Assembly (NCBI GenBank): GCA_051362555.1
Contig: CM120645.1
Coordinates: 23,898,934-23,962,933, forward strand
Length of the DNA: 64,000 bases
Reading direction: 5' to 3'
From: Lingula anatina
Lineage: Eukaryota; Animalia; Brachiopoda
The position numbers and the translations under genes were made by a program. Shown here piece after piece: positions 1-12,490 of the stretch. The notes under the pieces are model-generated. The model was given only the letters and a program-made list of their open reading frames with translations, was not told where the DNA came from and made no database searches. Position 1 is the first letter of the stretch; each line of letters starts with the position of its first letter.

Positions 1-261
1 GATCATGTCGAATAGTTTCTACGTGCTGTTTCCGTCCTCCAAAAGTCGCACGATGGACGTTCTCCTCACGCGCGAACTCCCACGTTTTTCCCTGTTTTTT
101 TTTTTTTGGCCGTAGACCACACGTAGCAGCCCGTACGTTCGGTTGGGACCTAGGCTTAAACAAGTGTCTTGGTCTTGAAACTGAAAGTTTTAACATAACT
201 TTGCAAAAATATACCCTGCATATATCTCTTGCATTAGGGTTACTCCGTTCCTTTGTTTAAG

Positions 262-1025
262 GAATTCGATCTCTTTTGCTACGTGTGTTACTACGCATCG
301 GTAATAGTGGAGCCGAGAGAAAAAGCCATGTGGGCTGTCTAAACTATGGTAAGCCACGGCAGTGTGATTCGCGGTGGAAGCGAAGAATTTGCCAGCGAGC
401 AGTGGTACAAAACACACCGGTATTTTAGTCGAAACACGAACGCCAGCATCGTGGCTGAAGGGAGGAAGATCCTACTGTTTTTTAAAGACTGGTACGGCAT
501 CGATGTGGTCGTTGGTGACGATACCTTGTCAGCATGGGCGTCCGCAGGGGGGGGGGTCTCAATGGGATTACTTGACCCCCCCCCCTGGAATTTTGGCGGG
601 CACGTCAATTGCTGTTACCCAGCCAATCATTATCTCCCCCTTCAATGACTTTTGACCCCCCTCCCTTCCCCTGGAAAAAATTCTGCGGACGCTCATGCTT
701 GTCAGCCATTCGGTTTCAAGATTACTGTATGGAACCTGGCGGTATAGGGTTCAATCGCGAAATTAAACTACATGCAGAAGATCGTGTTCCAACTCTTTGT
801 TTTTCCGATCCCCTTGGGTCAACACTCTGATCTGACCTGATATGACGTCACACAAGGGACGTACGCCGTCGTCAACCCATACGTCATTAGTCTGACCAGG
901 CCCGAGTTGGGTGAAGGCGTAGGGCGCGGAATCTTTCTCAATGCATGCGTCCAAACGAGACTATGAATGGTGGTTGGATGGGGATCACCTTTTCCTGTGA
1001 CAGTTTAGATTATCGTGTACCATAG
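262..1025 (+). pseudogene. Tandem-array family copy 1 (subfamily A), pseudogene; leader exon lies upstream of the window
   Basis: Acceptor tttaag|gaattc at 261/262. TAC>TAA stop just before MVSHGS. MITE at 533-697. About 230 bp of central coding sequence is missing. Ends at ...gtaccatag like the other copies. Confidence 0.9.
533..697. mobile_element. hAT-type MITE, 165 bp
   Basis: TIRs CATGGGCGTCCGCAG / CTGCGGACGCTCATG (1 mismatch). Perfect 8-bp TSD CTTGTCAG at 525-532 and 698-705. Absent from intact paralogs. Confidence 0.9.
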
Positions 1026-2510
1026 ATCAGATTTCGTTAATTCAAAAGGTATTTTCCGGGGAAATATAAACACATACAAGTCTTTTTTGCTTGGTTTTAA
1101 GGTTTAAATTTAAACAAATAGGGATAATTGTAAGGAGTAGGCAAGGACAAAAATCTGTTGAAGGAAAACACTAGCTCTGTTTGTCAATGAGAGAGAGAGA
1201 GAGCTTGCCCTTTGTTCATTCCCCATTACCGATGCTTAGGCAAAAGAACCATCAACTACGAGACAAGTAAGACGATATATGTAGGAATTGAATCTAGTAC
1301 AAAAAATGTAATATTTGAATGCAGCGTTAAGAATCCAATTCAATCGTTTGTTATATAAGCAACGTAACTGTTTCAGACACAATCTGAAAATAAAAATAGA
1401 CTTTTGGTCTACGTCATTGCATATAATGTTTCGTTCAAAAAAAGCTGTCACCCCTGTTAAAAGGAAGGACGGATCTGAGGCACGGGAATATAGGAAGAAG
1501 CTGATACATGTATATCTAACAGATATTGCGTCTCAGTTGACACCTGTGAATAAGCGTTAGTATATAGATAACGCCAGCATCCATTAAAGCAATAAAAGCT
1601 TTTGTGCGGGCGACTCACTGGTTCAGGTGATCTTAACTTGACTAACACGGTGACAGTAGATAGAAATAATTTCTGTCGAATTTAGAATGTGCACCATATA
1701 TAGTGTGACGAAAAAGAACGGACTTTGTGAGCAGAAAGGTGTTATTTTAAGCACCATTTCCTAATGTTACTCGGACTGGGCTAGCTAGACAGGCCATAGT
1801 TTCTGAAAGAGAAAACAAAGAGAACATTTGAATAGAATCTTTTCATATAATCTGTCAGGTTGCTGAAGGCGTCAAGGCAAGCAAGATAAATGTAGGAATC
1901 AAATCTATAACTAAAGGAGAAAAAGCACTATGGGTTTCAAATACTTGATGATCAGAGAAAATAGAAAACGTGTATATCAAACCCCAGTTTAGCATCTGCG
2001 TACGTCTGCCTACATATGACTTCAAAGATTCATATTTTCGTGTTTACGTCTCTCTCTCTCTCTCTCTCTCTCGATGCCCGGCAAACCAAGGAAGATCTCC
2101 CAGAAAACTCGAGTGGTTCTTCAACAAAGACGGCAGTTTAGCCAGGTGTTCAGTTCTCCTTACTTTCTGTCAAGTACTATAGGGCAATTTTACTAATAAC
2201 TAATCACTAATAACTAATCAGGCATTGAAAAGATACATAAAATAATGAATACAAATAATGTGTTTTGCAGAGAACGTCCTTACTAAAAAAAAACGGCGAA
2301 TCCACTCACTGCGTGCACCACGTTGCACAAATCCTGATTTTTGGTGAGATGAGATACTGCTGAACAGATAGAAAAATACAAGTTATTAAAACCGAGTTTT
2401 TGCTAATAGTGTTATCATTATTATCCACATTATTATATAAATACATAGTATCTTGTTTACTGATAAGATGCCTCGTTTGATGAAGGTAATGTAGTGTATA
2501 TCCATTGACT

Positions 2511-2928
2511 GACAACTGAACATCGGCGTCGTGAAGTATTCAAATTATGTACAGTCAAAAAGAGTTAATGGTACCGTTATCTTTTTGCGATTTTCACGTT
2601 ATAATTCTTGAGCAGCCCGTATGAACAAAGGGTTTAGTGCCTTTATGGAAAAATTTTAAGTAACCTTTAAAACAGAAATAAACCAGCAGTATTTTATCAG
2701 GGACTGCATTCACTGACTGGTCCGAAAAAAAACACTGATTAACCACATAGGAAGAACAATGACAATTTGGACAACCAGTTACCTACTCAAACAGCATCAA
2801 GATAACAATGAAGTCTAAAAATATGGCGTGGATTTGTTGGTGGGTGCTTTAAAGCAAGAAGTTGTACAAGTTCTTGCCCAAAGCTTAGGCACTTAATAAT
2901 TTGTAATCTATTCAGCCATTTTATAATT
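2511..2928 (-). repeat. Inverted copy of the upstream/promoter region of copy 3 (6474-6890)
   Basis: The reverse complement matches 6474-6890 over about 420 bp (aattataaaatggctgaatag ... cacgacgccg(a/c)tgttcagttg). Confidence 0.85.
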
Positions 2929-3433
2929 GAAGGTCCTTGTGTGAAATCTGGGATTTGTAACGACACTATATCCTAAACTTATTGTAGCAGTTAAGCCTGG
3001 ATTATGTACAGTAACATCTGAAACACTCTCTTTCTCTGCAGTACTCAAAAATATCCTGATTTGAGAAGTAAAGTACAATACATATCTTTTCTCTTCTTAG
3101 AGTTAATTGTTAGTTTGTTGCTGTTTAACTGGTTGTTTAGAATTTGACAGTGTTCATGCCACATCAGTGGCATTTTTGAACCATTCAGTTACAGTGCATA
3201 TCTTAAAAATATTGTCATTTCATTTCCCATTCAATGTTACTTAAAGTGATTCTCTCTAGACAGAAACATGAAAATTGCGACAAAATAATGGTACCATTAA
3301 CCTCAAAACTAACTGTATTCTATTTGAATATTGCACAACACGGTAAGTAGTTGTCGTTCACTAGTTGGGAGAGGTGTGCCAAAAAGATCCCCAGAGACAC
3401 ATCCGCCACATAATAGTTACCGAAAACTGGAAC

Positions 3434-4558
3434 ATGGTGAGTCAACAGTAAATACGTCAAGTAAAGCCTAGGTCCCAACTACCTTTTGGACGCACGGTTT
3501 TAAGTTCCTTGCATCCGGCTAGGATGTAGCTAGATCGCACGTATCGGCTGTTGATCATGTCGAAAAGTTTCTAAGTGCTGTTTGCGTCCTCCAAAAGTCG
3601 CACGATGGACGTTCTCCTCACGGGCGAACTCCCACGTTTTCCCCTTTTTTTTTGGCCGTAGACCACACGTAGCAGCCCGTACGTTCGGTTGGGACCTAGG
3701 CTTAAACAAATGTCTGGGTCTTGAAACTGAAAGTTTTAACATATACCCTGCATATATCTCTTGCATTAGGGTTACTCCGTTCCTTTGTTTAAGGAATTCG
3801 ATCTCTTTTGCTACGTGTGTTACTACGCATCGGTAATAGTGGAGCCGAGAGAAAAAGCCATGTGCGCTGTCTACACTATGGTTAGCCACGGCAGTGTGAT
3901 TCTCGGAGGAAGCGAGGAATTTGCCAGCGAGCAGTGGTACAAAACACACCGATATTTTGGTCGAAACACGAACGCTAGCATCGTGGCTGAAGGGAGGAAG
4001 ATCCTACTGTTTTTTAAAGACTGGTACGGCATCGATGTGGTCGTTGGTGACGATACCTTGTCAGCATGGGCATCCGCAAGGGGGGTCTCAATGGGATTAC
4101 TTGACCCCCCCCCCCCCCCCCTGGAATTTTGTCGGGCACGTTAATTGCGGTTACCCAGCCAATCATTATCTCCCCCTTCAATGACTTTTAACCCCCCCCC
4201 CCTTGGAAAATTTTCTGCGGACGCTCATGCTTGTCAGCCATTCGGTTTCAAGATTACTATATGGAACCTGGCGGCATAGGGTTCAATCGCGAAATTAAAC
4301 TACATGCAGAAGATCGTGTTCCAACTCTATGTTTTTCCGATCCCCTTGGGTCAACACGCTGATCTGACCTGGTATGACGTCACACAAGGGACGTACGCTG
4401 TCGTCAACCACCACGTCATTAGTCTGACCAGGCCCGAGTTGGGGGAAGGCGTAGGGCGCGGAATCTTTTCTCAATGCATGCGTCCAAACGAGACTATGAA
4501 TTGTGGTTGGATGGGGATCACCTTCTCCTGTGACAGTTTAGATTATCTTGTACCATAG
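3434..4558 (+). pseudogene. Family copy 2 (subfamily A), pseudogene
   Basis: Leader ATG|gtgagt at 3434-3436. Acceptor at 3793/3794. Same MITE (4065-4229) and same central deletion as copy 1. The C-terminal remnant ends at 4558. Confidence 0.9.
4065..4229. mobile_element. hAT-type MITE, duplicated together with copy 1/2
   Basis: Same TIRs as 533-697. TSD CTTGTCAG at 4057-4064 and 4230-4237. Confidence 0.9.
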
Positions 4559-5600
4559 ATCAGCTTTTAATTCAAAATGTTTTTTCCGGGGTAATATAAA
4601 CACATACAAGCCTTTTTTTGCTTGGTTTTAAGGTTTAAATTTAAACAAATAGGGATAATTGTAAGGAGTGGGCAAGGGAATTGTGGCAAGGACAATAATC
4701 TGTTGAAGGAAAACACTAGCTCTGTTTGTCAATGAGAGAGAGAGAAGAGAGAGAGAGAGAGAGCTTGCCCTCTGTTCGTTCCCCATTACCGATGCTTAGG
4801 CAAAAGAACCATCAACTACGAGGCAAGTAAGACGATAAATGTAGGAATTGAATCTAGTACAAAAAATGTAATATTTGAATGCAGCGTTAAGAATCCAATT
4901 CAATCGTTTGTTATCTAAGCAACGTAACTGTTTCAGACACAATCTGAAAATAAAAATAGACTTTTGGTCTACGTCATTGCATGTAATGTTTCGTTCAAAA
5001 AAGCTGTCACCCCTGTTAAAAAGAAGGACGGATCTGAGGCACGGGAATATAGGAAGAAGCTGATATATCTTACAGATATTGCGTCTCAGTTGACACCTGT
5101 GAATAAGCATTAGTATATAGATAACGCCAGCATCCATTAATACAGTAAAAGCTTTTGTGCGGGCGACTCACTGGTTCAGATGATCTTAACTTGACTAACA
5201 CGGTGAGAGTAGATAGAAATAATTTCTGTCGAATTTAGAATGTGCACCATATATAGTGTGACGAAGAAGAACGGACTTTGTGAGCAGGAAGGTGTTATTT
5301 AGGCACGATTTCCTTATGTTACTCGGTCTGGGCTAGCTAGACAGGCCAGAGTTTCTGAAAGAGAAAACAAAGAGAACATTTGAATCGAATCTTTTCATAT
5401 AATCTGTCAGGTTGCTGAAGGCGTCAAGGCAAGCAAGATAAATGTAGGAATCAAATCTATTACTAAAGGAGAAAAAGCACTATGGGTTTCAAATACTTGA
5501 TGATCAGAGAAAATAGAAAACGTGTATATCAAACCCCAGTTTAGCATCTGCGTACGTCTGCCTACATATGATTTCAAAGATTCATGTTTTCGTGTTTACG

Positions 5601-5648
<48 letters not shown>

Positions 5649-6851
5649 CTGCAAACCAAGGAAGATCTCCCAGAAAATTCGAGTGGTTCTTCAACAAGGA
5701 CGGCAGTTTAACCAGGTGTTCAGTTCCCCTAACTTCCTGTCAAATAATATAGGGCACTTTTACTAATAACTAATCACTAATAACTAATCAGGCATTGAAA
5801 AGATACATAAAATAATGAAAACAAATAATGCGTTTTGCAGAGAACGTCCTCACTAAAAAAAAAAAGGCCAATCCACCCACTGCGTGCACCACGTTGCACA
5901 AATCCTGATTTTTGGTGAGATGAGATACTGCTGAACAGATAGAAAAAAACAAGTTATTAAAACCGAGTTTTTGCTAATAGTGTTATAATTATTATCCGCA
6001 TTATTATATAAATACATAGTGTCTGGTTTACTGATAAGATGCCTCGTTTGATGGTAATATAGTGTATATCCATTGACTGGTTTCAGTGTCAATAAGATGT
6101 AAATTTTCATCCCAGATCACTTAGGTCGTCGCTTATTATCAGATTAAAACGACGGTAGATTTCACCCTTTCAGTCTTTTTATTCATTTGTATATATTGGA
6201 GGAAGATGGTGGCCTGTCTTTGGAAATTTAGTCAAATACAAATTTGGTAATTTTGTTGCCATTTGAATATTGGACGGATTGTCAAATATGTCCCCGCTGA
6301 GGGGGGGACGATTCCTGATAAATAAACATATTACGGGGGGGGGGGGGTATAGGCTTGGTTTCTGATTCAAAATATAAACACATAATAACTAATTTGTTTA
6401 GAAGTTGTCATTCACTGCGTTTCTGCTTACCAGCATTATAGCAATGTACGACCTTTCGCTTGATTAAAGTGGAAATTATAAAATGGCTGAATAGATTACA
6501 AGTTATAAAGTGCCTAAGCTTTGGGCAAGAACTTGTACAATTTCTTGCTTTAAAGCACCCACCAACAAATCCAAGCCATATTTTTAGACTTCATTGTTAT
6601 CTTGATGCTGTTTGAGTAGGTAACTGGTTGTCCAAATTGTCATTGTTCTTCCTATGTGGTTGATCAGTGTTTTTTTCGGACCAGTCAGTGAATGCATTCC
6701 CTGATAAAATACTGCTGGTTTATTTCTCTTTTAAAGGTTACTTAAAGTTTTTCCATAAAGGCACTTAAACCTTTGTTCATACGGGCTGCTCAAGAATTAT
6801 AACGTGAAAATCGCAAAAAGATAACGGTACCATTAACTCTTTTTGACTGTC

Positions 6852-6887
6852 TATAAATTGAATATTTCACGACGCCGCTGTTCAGTT
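6852..6887 (+). promoter_or_regulatory. Core promoter of family copy 3: TATA box plus initiator
   Basis: TATAAA at 6852 and Inr-like TCAGTT at 6882 (about 30 nt spacing), roughly 95 nt before the ATG|GT leader. The motif (c)gccgctgttc(a)gttg recurs about 100 nt upstream of the ATG in copies 7, 8, 9, 10, 12, 13 and 14. Confidence 0.6.
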
Positions 6888-6975
6888 GGCGTTCACTAGT
6901 CAACCAAAGAGGTGTACCAAGAAGATATAGCCAGGGACAATTTGAGCGTCTCAGTAGTCTCCTATGACATTAAAC

Positions 6976-8642
6976 ATGGTGAGTACAGCAATAGAGTTTA
7001 TCAAGTACCCACGAGTACTGTGTCCATTATAAGGCATTTCAACCTGATGACAGCGGTGGACACCGGTGATAAATTCGTCCACTGGTGTGTTGTACATGAT
7101 GTGTTTTGACATTCAGTTTAGCAGGCTGTTGGTATTGTACTGTTTGCATTGCCCTCAGCTGACTAATTCGAGTTCATCGGAAACTTAACCCAGCAAAACA
7201 TTCAGTTTCATTTTGAGCTCTTCAGTCTCACAATCTTTTTTTTTTTATTTTTATTTATTTATTTATTTTTTTTACTGAACCGGGTACAGGTCTTGTTGGG
7301 CTAATGTTTTTCAAATACTTTAAAAATTATCCCTTGAAAAATTTTAAAGGGTAAATGAAACAATCCGTACCACGACGTTGGAGCCAAAACTGTTGAATAT
7401 TGATAAATGCGTTGTAAAATTAAAATAACAAAAGATAGTCGATAGATATCTTGAGAGACGAATCGAATTTGTTTACGTTAAACAGCATGGACGTGATACA
7501 ATCTTTATCGGAACCGACAACATTCGTTGGTCTTCTCTTTGATGAACGTCTCCCTTTCCGAAAGATACCAACCTATATGGAATTAGAGCTTCAATAAGCC
7601 ATTGGAATTTTTCATAATAAAAAAATTTATATTTAACTATTTATTTAGCTGCTAATTTGCTGATGATACTAACACTATATAAAAAAATGTTTTGGGTGTC
7701 TTGGAACTAAATTTAAATCTTTACGTAAATTTGCAGAAACATAGCCTTCATATATCTCGTGGATACTGTATTAAGGTGACTCCGTTTCTTTTTCTTTTTT
7801 TTTTAATTATTTATTTATTTATTTATTTATTTTTTGTTAAGGTTTCGCATCTCTTTTCCCTCCTGTGTTTCTTGGCATTGCCAATGGTGGTGGCGGGAGA
7901 AAACTTGTGCATCGTCTACACTATGGCTAGCCATGGCAGCAACGATGGCATTCCGAGCCAAGGATTTGACAGCGAGAAGTGGTACAAAGTACACCGATTA
8001 TTTGATCGACACACGAACGCCAGCATCGCAGCTGAAGGGAGGAAGTTCCTACAGTTTTTTAGCGAGTGGTACGGCATCAGTTTGGACGTCGGTAACGATA
8101 CACTGTCAGGGGTTGCTCCAACCACTCTGTTTCTCGAGCCCGCGGGAGTTCGCCTAATTTTTAGACTCTCGGTCCTACCAAAATACGCTAATTATAGACT
8201 TTATTCGGAGTCGCGTGGCAATGAAGTTCGTTTTTACCGTTCCAAGATTTGCAGTGTTGGATGGATGATTTAGTTCAGAGATGAGTTTACTGTAACCACG
8301 GGCCGAAATCAGGGAATGGTCATTCCAGCAAGAAGCGCCGTCAGGTCTCGAGTCTATTACATAAAACCCGGGGGAAAGGGCTTCGATAACGTAATTAAGC
8401 TGCAAGCGGAAGATCGCGTTCCAATTCTTGTAGTTCCCATGCCCTTGGGCCAACACGCCGGGTATGAAGAAGGAAGCTACTCTGTCTCCAATCCGCACGT
8501 GACCAGTCTCACCAGACCCGAGTTTGGTGTAGGAAGAATGCGCGGGATCTCCCCTCGGTACAAAAATGGAACCGAATATGTGGTCGACGGTCGAATGGTG
8601 TTCACCTTCCACTGTGGCAACATGGAGGATCAGCTGCCATAG
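6976..8642 (+). pseudogene. Family copy 3 (subfamily B): leader 6976-6978, exon 7842-8642, single nonsense codon
   Basis: ATG|gtgagt; acceptor gttaag|gtttcg. TAT>TAG at 8271-8273 relative to copy 4. The same frame continues to the normal stop at 8642. Confidence 0.85.
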
Positions 8643-9580
8643 ATGAGCTTTTCATACACTGAAACGTTTTTCCGATGAGGTTACACAAACATATTATTAT
8701 TTTTGCTTGGTTTTAAGGTTTAAATATGATGTAATGGAATTCATTGTAAGGGTTGGGTAAAGGAAACATGGGAAGAATAAAAATCTGTTGAAAGAACATT
8801 TTGACTGCGCTGATATCAAAAAGACCTTCACTAAAATTATAAATTCTATCAGGGAGAAAGAGAGAGTAAATTCAATGGAAATTGAATATGAGATAAGTAT
8901 ATCAATAGATAAAGGCATTAAATCTATTACAGGAAATTCTATATTGAAAACGGAACTAAAAAACCAACTTAATCATTGTTATATAAGGAACGTAACTGTT
9001 TCAGATTGTAATTTATAATATTTAAAAAGAGATTTTCGGCCTTTAGAATTGTTTTTCCTGTCTAAATTCAACTGGATATTAGGCATGAAATAATAAAAAA
9101 AATTAACCACGTCTGTAAAAGGGACTTGTTGCAGAACTGCAACAGATGAGAGATATTCCTTAACTGAAACCGTGTCAGTTGACAGATAATGCCAGCATCC
9201 ATAAATGCAATAAAAACTTTTGTGCGGGTGCCTCACCGGCTTCAGGTGATTTTGACTTGACTAACACGGTGAGAGTGGATATAAATAATTTCTGTCGAAA
9301 TCAAAATGTCCACCGTATATAGAGTGACAAAATAAACGGAGGCTTAATTTTAAGCACCATTTTTTAATTTTACTGGGCACCCAGGCGAAATACCCAATGG
9401 CTAACAAAACCCTACTAGACGATGATCAGAATATAGATAACGTTTATCCTCTGCGTCTAACTACTTTTTATTTGATAGATCCATGTTCATGTGCAGCTCA
9501 CTCTCTCTCTTCCGCTTACCCCGTCCACTCTTTCTCTCCCCCTCTCTCCCTCCCACTCTTGTTCTCTCTCTCTCTCTCTT
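7122..9580. repeat. Tandem duplication unit (mid-intron to 3' flank of copy 3), repeated at about 9584-12030
   Basis: caggctgttggt(a/g)ttgtactgtt at 7122 and 9584. The junction sits at a (CT)n tract (about 9563-9580). The unit starts downstream of the leader exon. Confidence 0.85.
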
Positions 9581-10288
9581 TATCAGGCTGTTGGTGTTGT
9601 ACTGTTCGCATTGCCCTCAGCTGACTAATAAGAGTTCATCGGAAACTAAACCCAGCAAAACATTCTGTTTCATTTTAAGCTCTTCATTCTCACAATCTCT
9701 TTTTTTTTAATTTTTTATTTTTTTACTGAACCGGGTACAGGTCTTGTTCGGCTAATGTTTTTCAAAGACTTTTAAAATTATCCCTTGAAAAAAATTTAAA
9801 GGGTAAATGAAACAATCCGTACCACGACGTTGGAGCCAAAACTGTTGAATATTGATAATTGCGTTGCATTAAAATTTCAAAATATAGTCGATAGATATCT
9901 TGAGAGACGAATCAAATGTGTTTGCGTTAAACAGCACGTGACACAATCTTTATCGGAACCGACAACATTCGTTGGTCTTCTCTTTGGTGATCGTCTCCCT
10001 TTCCGAAAGATACCAACCTATATGGAATTAGAGCTTCAATAAGCCATTGGTATTTTTCATAATAAAAAATATATATTTAAGTATTTATTTAGCTTCTAAT
10101 TTGCTGATGATACTAACTCTATATAAAAAAATGTTTTGGGTGTCTTGGAACAAAATTTAAATCTTTACGTAAATATGCAGAAACATAGCCTACATACATC
10201 TCGTGGATACTGTATTAAGGTGACTCCATTTCTTTTTTCTTTTTTTCTTTTTTTTTTTTTAATTTATTTATTTTTTTTTTTTCTTAAG

Positions 10289-11089
10289 GTATCGCATCTC
10301 TTTTTCCTCCTGTGTTTGTTCGCATTGCCAATGGTGGTGGAGGGAGAAAACTTGTGCATCGTCTACACTATGATTGGTCAGGGCAGCAACGATGGCATTC
10401 CGAGCCAAGGATTTGACAGCGAGAAGTGGTACAAAGTACACCGATTATTTGATCGACACACGAACGCCAGCATTGCGGCTGAAGGGAGAAATTTCCTACA
10501 GTTTTTTAGCGAGTGGTACGGCATCAGTTTGGACGTCGGTAACGATACACTGTCAGGGGTTGTTCCAAACACTCTGTATGTCGAGGCATCGGGAGTTCGC
10601 CTAATTTTTAGACTCACGGTCCTACCAAATTACGCTAATTATAGACTTTATTCGGAGTCGTGTGGCAATGAAGTTCGTTTTTACCGTTCCAAGGTTTGCA
10701 TTGTTGGATGGATGATTTATTTCAGAGATGAGTTTACTGTAACCACGGGCCGAAATCAAGGAATGGTCATTCCAGCAAGAAGCGCCGTCAGGTCTCGAGT
10801 CTACTACATAAAACCCGGGGGAAAGGGCTTCGATAACGAAATTAAGCTGCAAGCGGAAGATCGCGTTCCAATTCTTGTAGTTCCCATGCCCTTGGGCCAA
10901 GACGCCGGGTATGAAACAGGAAGCTACTCTGTCTCCAATCCGCACGTGACCAGTCTCACCAGACCCGAGTTTGGTGTAGGAAGAATGCGCGGGATCACCA
11001 CTCGGTACAAAAATGGAACCGAATATGTGGTCGGAGGTCGATTGGTGTTCACCTTCCACTGTGGCAATATGGAGGATCAGCTGCCATAG
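10289..11089 (+). CDS. Family copy 4 (subfamily B): intact 266-codon coding exon with no leader exon of its own
   Basis: Acceptor cttaag|gtatcg. Open frame VSHLFFLLCLFALPMVVEG...TFHCGNMEDQLP*. No ATG|GT leader or promoter motif between 8642 and 10289. Confidence 0.7.
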   Translation, partial: VSHLFFLLCLFALPMVVEGENLCIVYTMIGQGSNDGIPSQGFDSEKWYKVHRLFDRHTNASIAAEGRNFLQFFSEWYGISLDVGNDTLSGVVPNTLYVEASGVRLIFRLTVLPNYANYRLYSESCGNEVRFYRSKVCIVGWMIYFRDEFTVTTGRNQGMVIPARSAVRSRVYYIKPGGKGFDNEIKLQAEDRVPILVVPMPLGQDAGYETGSYSVSNPHVTSLTRPEFGVGRMRGITTRYKNGTEYVVGGRLVFTFHCGNMEDQLP

Positions 11090-12332
11090 ATGAACTTTTC
11101 ATACACTGAAACGTTTTTCCGATGAGGTTACTCAAACATATTATTATTTTTGCTTGGTTTTAAGGTTTAAATATGATGTAATGGAATTCATTGTAAGGGT
11201 TGGGTAAAGGAAACATGGGAAGAATAAAAATCTGTTGAAAGAACATTTTGACTGCGCTGATATCAAAAAGAACTTCACTAAAATTATAAATTCTATCAGG
11301 GAGAAAGAGAGAGTAAATTCAATGGAAATTGAGTATGAGATAAGTATATCAATAGATAAAGACATTTAATCTATTACAGGAAATTCTATATTGAAAACGG
11401 AACTAAAAAACCAACTTAATCATTGTTATATAAGGAACGTAACTGTTTCAGATTGTAATTTATAATATTTAAAAAGAGGTTTTCGGCCTTCGGAATTGTT
11501 TTTCCTGTCTAAATTCAACTGGATATTAGGCATGAAATAATAAAAAAAAATTAACCACGTCTGTAAAAGGGACTTGTTGCAGAACTGCAACAGATGAGAG
11601 ATATTCCTTAACTGACACCGTGTCAGTTGACAAATAATGCCAGCATCCATAAATGCAATAAAAGCTTTTGTGCGGGTGCCTCACCGGCTTCAGGTGATTT
11701 TGACTTGACTAACACGGTGAGAGTGGATATAAATAATTTCTGTCGAAATCAAAATGTGCACCGTATATAGAGTGACAAAATAAACGGAGGCTTAATTTTA
11801 AGCACCATTTTCTAATTTTACTGGGAACCCAGAAGAAAATACCCAATGGCTAACAAAACCCTACTAGACGATGATCAGAAAATATATTATGTTTATCCTC
11901 TGCGTCTAACTACTTTTTATTTGATAGATCCATGTTCATGTGCAGCTCACTCTCTCTCTCTTCCGCTTACCCCGTCCTCTCTTTCTCTCCCCCTCTCTCC
12001 CTCCCACTCTTGTTCTCTCTCTCTCTCTATCCCTCTCTCTCTCTCCCTCTCTCTCGTCCACTTACCCCGCCCCCTCTCTCTCTCCCTCCTCTCTTTCTTT
12101 CATTTTCTCTCAATGCGAACACTAACCCCAGCAAACCAAGGAAGATCTCCCAGAAAATTCGAGTATTGCTTCGACGTGTTTATTCAGGTGCTCAGTCTTC
12201 CTTACTTTCTATCAGATGTAATAAGGCAAATGTCACAACTGAAGTTACATCTTTTTTTTCGCCACCAATAACTCATCATGCATTTAGAATATACATAAAT
12301 TAATGAATGCAAATAATGCGTTTAACAGAGAA

Positions 12333-12490
12333 TGTCTTCACTAAAGCAATGTGCAATTTACTCACGATGTCTTCACTAAAGCAATGTGCAATGCACCCAG
12401 GGTGTCTTCACTAAAGCAGTGGCCAATTTAGTAAGGGTGTCTTCACTAAAGCAATGGCCAATTCATTCAGGGCGTCTTAATAAAAGCCAA
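12333..12490. repeat. Short tandem repeat (about 33-35 bp unit, core gtcttcactaaagcaatg); paralogous arrays at about 15256-15380 and 34398-34545
   Basis: Four to five copies of the core with similar, diverged linkers. Confidence 0.8.

Larger units (their letters stand above)
1..2510. repeat. Segmental duplication unit (family copy 1 plus flank), near-identical to 3553-6078
   Basis: Starts gatcatgtcgaa at both 1 and 3553. Colinear through the pseudogene, the shared MITE and the 3' flank up to ccattgact (2510 / about 6078). Confidence 0.9.

Noticed and set aside
7692-7841. Long N-terminal extensions of ORFs 7692, 10136, 13601 and 15958 with Phe/Leu/Ile-rich 'transmembrane' stretches
   Set aside because: They are translated intron polypyrimidine tracts upstream of the conserved AG acceptor and start at non-ATG or non-conserved codons.
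8271-8273. In-frame TAG as programmed readthrough
   Set aside because: Paralogs 4 and 12 have TAT here and no recoding signal is evident. A simple nonsense change is more parsimonious.
8175-8612. Recurrent antisense ORFs over family exons (8175, 10622, 32928, 13810, 16170, 36280 and others)
   Set aside because: They are shadows of the conserved sense frame, repeated only because the exon is duplicated; start and stop positions are inconsistent.
12333-12490. Repeat-spacer pattern resembling a mini CRISPR array (also at 15256 and 34398)
   Set aside because: The linkers are similar to each other and too short, the context is eukaryotic and there are no cas genes. It is an ordinary diverged tandem repeat.
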